From Tubiluchus corallicola (taxonomy: Eukaryota > Animalia > Priapulida), in assembly GCA_030141605.1 (NCBI GenBank), contig JAQGDQ010000445.1, forward strand, positions 62,001 to 126,000: a stretch of 64,000 nucleotides of DNA. Reading direction: 5' to 3'. The notes under the pieces are model-generated. The model saw only the letters and a list, made by a program, of their open reading frames with translations. It did no database searches and had not been told where the DNA came from. The stretch's first letter is position 1. Each line of letters begins with the position of its first letter. The translations under genes and the position numbers were made by a program. Positions 54,012-64,000 of the stretch are shown one piece after another.

Positions 54012-56790
54012 CATGATTTTAGCTTTTTAATGTAAAACTTTGATAAAGTTGTGTTGTTTTAACTATAAATGTCACATTATATACGAAATTTAATTTCTAC
54101 AATATAAATACATATAGGGGCTAATATTACCCGCAATGGTTTCAATTATATAATTTTAATAATACGCCGTTCCTACATTTTTACACTAGAACTGTAGAAC
54201 CATCCTAATTCATGCCACAGACAGTTCATTTGTTAGCAATGCGATTATTGATGAGTGAATTAAGCTGATATTAAGTAGTATTGATTCGATTCACATAACT
54301 TATAAATTTTTCATCTAGCCCTGAATATCATCTACTATCTACATGCGCGCGCAGAAATAGATAACCTACAGTGATTATAACATGTACAAACTTCTAACAA
54401 ACGTGTATTGGAAAATATAACGTACAGTGATGGGCATAGGATTTGTTTACAACGCTTGATCCTAAATGCTTAATTTATCCCTGTTTTTCTAAATACCCGA
54501 TAAGCGATCAACATTAAATAAATGCACAGAAATAAAAGACAAACAAATCAGGGATAATTTTAGGAAAATAATTACGCAATAAATATTTAGCATTATAATC
54601 ATAGTAATATTTAAATAATATATAACTTTTCCACAGGGTATTTTAAGCTCATAAAAAATACAATTTATTTCAGTTGATGACAGCAAAATAATAGAAAAAA
54701 AACCTGCATTACAAGCGTCTAATATTTAAATAAAAACGCAACATGAAAATAAAAAAATCAATATAATTTATAAGGAATAAATTAACATTAGCATAAATAT
54801 TTTATTACATTTTCCTTAATTGGTTAAATATATTTTTTATTTTTCTATAAGTCGAATAAGTCTATAAAAATATACAGTTGCGAAATTTTTCTTAAAAACT
54901 TTGTGCTTGTAACTTCTTCATAGCAGATAATAATTAAAAGAAATTTACCGGTAAGTATGGACGCATAAGAAAACGGATTCTATGAAAGATCAACACACTA
55001 GAATAGCACCAAAAAATGTGTACAACCATTTCTCTGTATATTAAATGTCGAATTTGTAAAGACTACACACATTTTCTTAGCAATTATAATTATTATAATT
55101 TAGAAGTGAATTCTTTTCAAATATTTATATCAACTTTTTTTTAATTCCTAAGAAAAATGAATGACATCGACCATTTTAATTCACGCTGGCCTAAAATAAC
55201 ATTTAAACATTTACGTTAACTGCATGAGAAACAGAAACAGAGGCTATAACGTTATGCTTGCTTTCTCGCGGAACTCCTGCAGTACAGAATTCACATTTAT
55301 ATCTTGCCTATATCCTGAACACGTGAGCTCATAATAAACACGAAAACGTAGGCCTAGCTACAGACTCGTACAGTAGAAAAATTACGGATCTACAAAATTC
55401 GTTTAAATTAAGCGACGGCTCTTGCAATAAAAATTTAAAGTGCTGATATAGTGCAACAGTAGCGATCAACTATACTTGACAATTCAATTTACCCTAAAGC
55501 AATTATCATTTTCCTTCGTTTCACTAACTACAGGCCTACTAACTACCCAACAGACTCTACAGCCTAATATACAGTACATGGAATGCTGGCCTAAGTATAA
55601 AAATTATACTGTACAGAACAAGCAAAATATGCGCATCTTTGTACAGTAGTTTAGATTTATCGAAACTGAAATCACAAACGCTATACAGCAGAAATACCTC
55701 ACGCAGACATAATTACAATATTAACCTTTGCATTCGCCCGTTGTCTTCTAAATCTACGTAAATTATTTGCCACGTAGCTGCTAGAAAGCCGTGCAGAAAT
55801 AAAATTCGTTTACAAATTCCTCAGCCGAGCAGGAACAGCAGCCAACAGCTCGGTAGACTGGTGCGCAACTTGCTTATCGGTGCACGTCTGCGCAACGTAT
55901 GTAGGCGCGCCGCCACTCTACGCCGAAGGTCAATACAGCCAGTGATCGTATTTACGTGAACGCGGAGCAAAGCAGGAAAAAATTATTTCAATAAAACTGC
56001 CGTCATTGAAGACAAACTAACGAACACAATGAAATAAGAAAAAGTCACACTAGCTGCACTAAACTTGTATTAAATGTTGTCACAATTTTTAACTAGAATC
56101 AGCTTTTATATAAAGGTTAAATAATTAAAATATGAATAATTTTACGGGGGAATATTTAATCGTTATCACTACAACGCATATCATTAACGTTAAATTCGTA
56201 GAAACTTAAACCTACATGAGTCACGATAAGCTTTCCAGAAAACTATTTCTTTGTCTTTTCTAGCAGCAAATTATTTTGCAATGTGGAAAATTTACAGACA
56301 AAAAGCGAAAAATTATTTCTTCAAATTATACAAGGCAAGCGGCGCTACATTAAGAAACGTTAGAAAGAGGTACAATATTCACCCGAGTTCAGTATTCAAT
56401 TATAAGCCGTACAATACTCCAAACAAATATTTGGATAAGCATTTTATTTTCCACGTGCATAAACTGGGCAATATTTACTGATATACGGAAATACCAGAAT
56501 TACATATTTTACATTTGCAATGTACGGAATTCAGCTTCTATATGCAAAAGTGCATATGATTTGTGCATATAATTTATATAGTCCTACATCATCTGTAAAT
56601 TATAAGATTACAATGATGCAGACCTAATTACGAGAATACGATAAAATGATTAAATATCACTTCTCACATCGTAAATTATTTACCTGACGTTTTTATTTGT
56701 AAATAAAATAGTCGCTTAACTAATAAATGCTGCTCACACACAAGGTATTCGCCCAAACAATTTGAGGGAGAAAATATTTAATTCTGTATT

Positions 56791-57105
56791 AAGTGTTGCC
56801 AGCTGACAAACCTAAGTGTTGCCAGTCAAAACAAAATTTTGTTTTAAATGTTGCCAGCTGAGACAAACTTAAGTGTTGCCAGCCAAGACAAAATTTTGTT
56901 TTAAGTGTTGCCAGCAAAGACAAACCTAAGCGTTGCCAGCCAAGACAAAATTTTGTTTTAAGTGTTGCCAGCTAAGACAAACCTAAGCGTTGCCAGCCAA
57001 GACAAAATTTTGTTTTAAGTGTTGCCAGCCAAGACGAAATTTTCTTTTAAGTGTTGCCTGAGTGTTGCTATAAAGACAAAACTAGGTGTTGCCAGCCAAG
57101 ACAAC
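56791..57105. repeat. Dimeric minisatellite (alternating ~25 and 32-bp subunits, ~57-bp period)
   Basis: AAGTGTTGCCAGC..AGACAAACCT alternating with AAGTGTTGCCAGCCAAGACAAAATTTTGTTTT. Confidence 0.9.
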
Positions 57106-58189
57106 CCTATCAGATTCCATTCTAATTTTCAAAGTTCCATTCATCCGCCGTTATACCGAATGCCTCAGTCAATAAAAAAACGGCAAATGCGAATTAAAAA
57201 AAACTAAATAATTTGCTTAAATAAAGTGTTATAAAATACTGCAAAATTAACGCATCTTTAATTGTGCTAAAAATTTAAACAGCATAGACGTCAAGCTCTT
57301 GGCTTTGTGGGTTCAAACACAAGAAGACCCTCTTCATAAACGAAGCTTAAAAGATTCGTCTTGAAATTTTATATCACTTACATGCTGTATTATTGCCATT
57401 TTAACAGTAGGTCGTTTGAAACAAGTTTAGAAAACGTTGTGTAAAGTTTGAAATAATAATCATAGCATTTGTAGCACATTTTTCACTAACAAAACAACAA
57501 GTAAAATTACTTTACATTGTCAGTAAGATTAATACGTATTTTTTGGTGAGCCAGTAGTGATTTCTGTAGATAGTGAAACAAACAGTTAACGTAAATATTT
57601 TAAATCACCAAACATTTTCTTTTCCTGTTAAATACATCTTTCAAATAGGTAAGCGCAATGTTAAGTAGTATAGACTGGATAGTTTAAAGTTTCCCCGTCT
57701 TCTCAATTAGGAAAAGCTGAGAAAACCGAATTTTTCGTAAATCGATAAAAATGGAAAGACGTTCTCATTTAACCAACTCCTTCCAACAATTTAGAAGAAA
57801 AAAAATCATTATTTTTATAAAAAAAGTTTACGCCCGAATGTAGTTCAAAGTAGGCTTACAGTGTGAGCAGCTAAGACACCATAACCAATTATACTGAACC
57901 AAATAAGAATAGGCGAGGCCTAAATCAGAGATTGTATGCATAACTACATACAGGCTCTAAGCAACATGAATTCAATTATAATACATTAAATTAACGTGCA
58001 ATTTAAACAAAATAATAATATTGTAGCGGGGATGCAAGCCCATGAATTAGGCAATTTAAGACTACAGGTCTGTCGAAATTAAATTAGAATTCAAGCCCAA
58101 CACAAATATTATCAATGAAATTTAGCTTTTAAGAGAATATGTAACGCGCTTGTAATTTTTTCACCTATCTAATTCCTATAATTGCAAAA

Positions 58190-59860
58190 ATACAAATACA
58201 GAATTATTCTTCTATCAAAGATGCGCAGAAACACACAAATATAGAATTATTCTTCTATCAAAGATGCGCAGAAACACACAAATACAGAATTATTCCTCGA
58301 TCAAAGATGCGCAGAAACACACAAATATAGAATTATTCCTCTATCAAAGATGCGCAGAAACACACAAATACAGAATTATTCCTCGATCAAAGATGCGCAG
58401 AAACACACAAATACAGAATTATTCCTCTATCAAAAATGCGTAGAAACACACAAATACAGAATTATTCCTCTATCAAAGATGCGTAGAAACACACAAATAC
58501 AGAATTATTCCTCTATCAAAGATGCGTAGAAACACACAAATATAGAATTATTCCTCTATCAAAGATGCGCAGAAACACACAAATACAGATTTATTCCTCT
58601 ATCAAAGATGCGCAGAAACACACAAATACAGAATTATTCCTCTATCAAAAATGCGTAGAAACACACAAATACAGAATTATTCCTCTATCAAAGATGCGTA
58701 GAAACACACAAATACAGAATTATTCCTCTATCAAAGATGCGTAGAAACACACAAATATAGAATTATTCCTCTATCAAAGATGCGCAGAAACACACAAATA
58801 CAGAATTATTCCTCTATCAAAGATGCGCACAAACACACAAATATAGAATTATTGTTCTATCAAAGATGAGTAGAAACACACAAATACAGAATTATTCCTC
58901 TATCAAAGATGAGTAGAAACACACAAATATAGAATTATTCCTCTATCAAAGATGCGCACAAACACACAAATATAGAATTATTCGTCTATCAAAGATGCGC
59001 AGAAACACACAAATATAGAATTATTCCTCTATCAAAGATGCGTAGAAACACACAAATACAGAATTATTCCTCTATCAAAGATGAGTAGAAACACACAAAT
59101 ATAGAATTATTCCTCTATCGAAGATGCGTAGAAACACACAAATACAGAATTATTCCTCTATCAAAGATGCGTACAAACACACAAATACAGAATTATTCCT
59201 CTATCAAAGATGCGTACAAACACACAAATACAGAATTATTCCTCTATTAAAGATGCGTACAAACACACAAATACAGAATTATTCTTCTATCAAAGACGCG
59301 TACAAACACACAAATACAGAATTATTCCTCTATCAAAGATGCGTACAAACACACAAATATAGAATTATTCCTCTATCAAAGATGCGCAGAAACACACAAA
59401 TATAGAATTATTCCTCTATCAAAGATGCGTAGAAACACACAAATACAGAATTATTCCTCTATCAAAGATGCGTAGAAACACACAAATATAGAATTATTCC
59501 TCTATCAAAGATGCGTAGAAACACACAAATACAGAATTATTCCTCTATCAAAGATGCGTAGAAACACACAAATACAGAATTATTCCTCTATTAAAGATGC
59601 GTACAAACACACAAATATAGAATTATTCCTCTATCAAAGATGCGTAGAAACACACAAATAGAGAATTATTCCTCTATCAAAGATGCACAGAAACACACAA
59701 ATACAGAATTATTCCTCTATCAAAGATGCGTAGAAACACACAAATATAGAATTATTCCTCTATCAAAGATGCGTAGAAACACACAAATATAAAATTATTC
59801 CTCTATCAAAGATGCACAGAAACACACAAATACAGAATTATTCCTCTATCAAAGATGCGT
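58190..59860. repeat. 43-bp tandem satellite, about 39 units
   Basis: Unit AGAATTATTCCTCTATCAAAGATGCGTAGAAACACACAAATAC. Confidence 0.98.
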
Positions 59861-60351
59861 GTGTTAGCCCATAATTTTTTGACGCGCATGTAGTTTAGGC
59901 CTATAGACGGATGTAATCTACTATTAGCAGTTTTGTCGTCAAATACTAAGGCCAATCTCACATCAAACACATGTAGGGCCACTGCCTAATTCACAAATTT
60001 CAACCGGGGAACCTAATCTCGGAACTGCTACAGTCCGTATTGACAACAGAACCTGACCTCCGCCATATTGAATCGCTCTATACCAGCAAGAACGTTCACA
60101 GAGCGAGCTTCGTGAACGCGCGCGGCCATGTTTTTACAGCATGCAACCAAATACGTAATCGGCAAAACGCATCTTCGAGCGCTGAAATGTTTAAGAGTTT
60201 TTGCATCCGCATCAGTGTTAAACGCTGCACGTTCAACTGAGCCCGTTCTTATACCCGTTACTGTTGTCAGATTAACCGACTAACACAGAAAATTTTGTAA
60301 ACTAACAGGCACAGAGGCTAAACACGGCTAATTTTCTCAAGTTTGTCTTAA

Positions 60352-60804
60352 CCCTTTCAGTCCCAAATTATTTTTTAATAATTTTTTGATTTGGTACTTT
60401 TGTTCAGTATGTCCATCTTGTTTACACATAATAATTATTTTTTTCTACCTGTGCCCGCGTGGTAAATATAGCCTGTAACCCACGGGATACATTGGGATTC
60501 AATGGAAGCATAAAATGTGCTTCATTTTGCAACTACTGATAATTTTTTAAAGTATTTAAGACATTTAGTATGCACGCTATGCTGATCTGTACAAAGTCGT
60601 CTCTAAAGTACTGTACCTTGCACAGTTTTTTATGATATGTAGATTTTCTAGTTTGCCATTTTATCACCATTTTTAGTCTATTGTTATTGGCTTAAATCAA
60701 AATAACTATTAACAGATCAAATAACTGTCAATTTTAAAATTTTTATTAATTTTAAAGACAGAAAATATTCTCGTATCCCAAGGGATACAACGGGTATGAA
60801 AGGG
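60352..60804. mobile_element. piggyBac-like MITE
   Basis: TTAA|CCCTTTCA ... TGAAAGGG|TTAA, with internal CCCA(C/A)GGGATAC repeats. Confidence 0.85.
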
Positions 60805-61374
60805 TTAATTATAATTACAGAGTGTACGAAACTCTTCTTAAATATACAGCATTCTCTTTCTAAGTGTACAGCATGTAATTTAATTTAATTTAATTTAATT
60901 ACTTCTTAACCGAAGCTGAATAGTTTTGTTAATTCGTAAATCACATAAACTCTTGCAACTTATAGTCGCGTTTTTAAAAACGACGTAAAATAAACAGGGT
61001 ATCTTATCTTATCTTATCTTAAACAACATGTCCGTCCAAAATCTCTTTTGGCAATCATATTCAAATTTACAGCGTTATTGTATACAATCTTCTTGATAAA
61101 TCGCAAATAGGACAGGTAACGTTGCAGCCGCCACGGCAAAAGATTCAAGTGGAAAAAAAGAGATTTTCAAAGCCTGCGGGAAACGTAAATTACGAAACTG
61201 AAACTAAACTATTTTATTAATAGAAATAAACAGTCTTATCACACCAATTAGACAACACGAGTCTATACAGGTATATATGAAAAACGTTTTGCACTTATTA
61301 TAGTAAATAATGAACTAAAGAAACAGACAAGGCGACTGTTACTGTTACACGCAGGCGTACGAAAGCAAATTTTG

Positions 61375-61808
61375 CAAAGGGGCGCTCAAAGAGTTTGCCC
61401 TAAAAATTTCTATTCTGTGAAGGGGTGTTCAGGGAATTTGCCCTAAATATTTTTATTCTGTAAACGGGTGCTCAAGGAATTTGCCCTAAAAATTTCTATT
61501 CTGTAAAAGGGTGCTCAAGGAATTTGCCCTAAAAATTTCTATTCTGTAAGTAGGTGCTCAAGGAATTTGCCCTAAAAATTTCTATTGTGTAAAGAGGTGC
61601 TCGAGGAATTTGCCCTAAAAATTTCTATTCTGTAAAGGGGTGCTCAAGGAATTTGCCCTAAAAATTTCTATTCTGTAAAGGGGTGCTCAAGGAATTTGCC
61701 CTAAAAATTTCTATTCTGTAAAGTGGTGGTCAAGGAATTTGCCCTAAAAATTTCTATTCTGTAAAGGGGCGCTCAAGGAATTTGCCTAAAAATTTCTAAG
61801 TTGCCCTA
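61375..61808. repeat. 43-bp tandem repeat, about 10 units
   Basis: Unit ATTTCTATTCTGTAAAGGGGTGCTCAAGGAATTTGCCCTAAAA. Confidence 0.96.
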
Positions 61809-62537
61809 GCCTAATTTAAACTATTTACAAATAAGCACAAAGAAAAACAAAATTATTCAAAAAATATATTTATATACACATACTTGTATATAAGAGAAGT
61901 TTTTAAATTTGACTAAAAAACTTATAATTCTAACGAGACACAAACACAAATTCACCGTTTGCGTTTTCATACTGAGGAAACGTGCAAATACTTTATACTA
62001 GTTCAGAAATACAAAAGAAATAATGGTACCGGTCTGTATTTTTTTCTTTGCAAATGTATGTGTAACCTAGCTAGCCTTGTACGGTGAACATGTACTTAAA
62101 AATGTATGCGAACCTATGCGAGTTTAGTGACCCACATTTCGTAGTAGTTACATGCATCATTACTATATCAACTTAAAAAAACTTATAAGAAACGTTTAGC
62201 AACAATCAGTGAAACATTTGAGGCTGAAATTTTTAAGTTTGAAATTTGAAATCACTATTAAATCACTCTTAAAAATAATAAGCTTTCGCCCTGAAAATGT
62301 ACAATTCGTTAGTCCTATAGGAGTGCTGCCTCTCCCCTCAGATCCCCCCCCCCCACACACACACTCCCTATATGGCCTCCGACATGAATGTTGATTTAAT
62401 CCCGAAGGTTTAATCACTGCTGTACATCCATGCTGTGATGCATTACCGTTTGACAAATAATTTTCATGGCTGTAACTACTTCTCAATATTTTTTGCTACC
62501 GTCACAGATTAAGTGCTGTTCAAGGCGTGATATAAAG

Positions 62538-63006
62538 TAGGGTTCCCGCAGAATTTTAAAATAAATTTCCCTGACTTTTCCCTGACTAAATATTGATTTT
62601 CCATGACCAAGAGAAGTAGAAATTGTATTACCAGTATACACGTCCAAACATTTTTGTGTATGGCCATTCCTACATATACTGATAAATAATGTGTCGACAC
62701 AGTTGCAGTAGTGCAAACTGAATTACACTAATCACATTAAATAAACTTTCTTAATCCAATCATTATTTTTGGAACAGAAATCGAAACTGGGAGCCTGTCA
62801 TACCAAATTGTATTTGAACACGAATCGCTGAAAAATATTTTTCGAAAAATATCGATTCACGGTGATTATTTTTGCAACTGTTTCTAATTTCCCTGACTTT
62901 TCGCCAGATTTTCATCATTTTCCCCGAGTTTAATAAATCATCCTTTTCCCTGACTTTCCAGGATATCCTGTATTTTCCAGGATTTTCCCTGACCGTGGAA
63001 ACGCTG
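62538..63006. mobile_element. hAT-like MITE with TTTCCCTGAC subterminal repeats
   Basis: Imperfect TIRs TAGGGTTCCCGC / GTGGAAACGCTG; only a partial TSD (ATAAAG). Confidence 0.6.
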
Positions 63007-63398
63007 ATAAAGGCTATAAGTTCTATATCCCACTCAAACAACTATTTTTGCGTACAACAGACATTTACAAAAATATTTATAAAAATTACGTAGACAGTTT
63101 TAGCCACAATAAAGCAGAAAAGATGAATATATAATTTCTTTCAAAGAAAGAATAGTCATTTACGTCAGTCGAAAGTACGGCAGCCACGAGCTGTCAAAAA
63201 GGAAAATATAGTTGATTCATTCATCTACTAATAATGAAATTGACTAAATTTCTGTTAATCTGCAAAACTTATTAATAAATTTAATCTACATTACGTGAAT
63301 TACAAAGGAAACAACACGCGTACTTTGATACGTTTGAATTTCCGAAAAACTCCTACAGAAAGTGCAGCTGTCAAATTAGCAAAAACTGCACGATGTCA

Positions 63399-63430
<32 letters not shown>

Positions 63431-64000
63431 ACATATATATTATACACATATGATATATTATATATATATTATGTATATATTGTTGTACGAAATATTTATA
63501 GAAGAGTTAAAGCCGTTTTAAACGAACACATAGGCCTAAGCCTAAATTTTAACAAGTTTAGGCCAATATAGTTTTGCTTTGTGTGGAGTAACTACAAAAA
63601 ATGTACAAATACAAAGTTTGTTTTAAGACAAGCATCGCTGCTAAAAAATCTATTAGCTTCACTGTTCGGTTTTCGTAGAAAAATTGACACCGAATTATCA
63701 AATGTTTATCATTGACGTTTCCAGTAAACAGACCATTTTGTTACATGAAAGTTACAAAAGGTTTCATAGATTTTTTGTGTAAATCCAGATTTAAGAACAG
63801 TAGCGCAAGGATGGTAAGTTCGTATCTTAAAAACACTTTTTAGATTGCATATGAAAGACGTGTTCAAAATACATTAAACTCTCGGCTAAATTGCTTGGAC
63901 AATTCCACCATAAACACCGAATTTCCACCAACTCGCTGAAAAGGCAGCTGAAATATTCAAGATTTGATTCCAGACACAAATTCTCGTGATCTGCGCCTAA

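Larger units (their letters stand above)
53788..54072. mobile_element. Fold-back element made of two inverted Penelope-like terminal repeats, copy 2
   Basis: Inverted arms around a centre near 53925; same sequence family as 29991-30810. Confidence 0.82.

Overview
AT-rich, intron- and repeat-rich metazoan (invertebrate-like) genomic DNA; not prokaryotic, and no CRISPR array. Three spliced protein-coding genes can be assembled by hand with canonical GT-AG junctions and consistent phases. PEDS1/TMEM189 (plasmanylethanolamine desaturase; + strand, 5 coding exons, 394-16380, 279 aa). COMMD3 (+, 6 coding exons, 21297-29908, 197 aa). A BMI1/PCGF2/4 (Psc-type) Polycomb RING-RAWUL gene (- strand, 8 coding exons, 46327-34957, about 1163 aa) with a roughly 940-aa low-complexity tail encoded in one exon; it converges on COMMD3. 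The rest is MITEs (pogo/Tigger-TA, hAT-8bp, Kolobok/piggyBac-TTAA, Harbinger), LINE 3' fragments, tRNA-derived SINE-like elements and many tandem repeats. The most unusual observations are four. (1) A 96-bp tandem array quadruplicates the PEDS1 last-exon splice acceptor, and every upstream copy leads to a stop at codon 4. (2) Two palindromic elements carry outward-facing Penelope-type minimal hammerhead ribozymes in both arms; one lies in the COMMD3 3' region. (3) A palindromic element family is built from divergent tRNA-Thr-like Pol III heads. (4) A putative spliced 54-aa uORF overlaps the BMI1 start codon. All coordinates were read by eye; family assignments come from recalled consensus features, not database searches.
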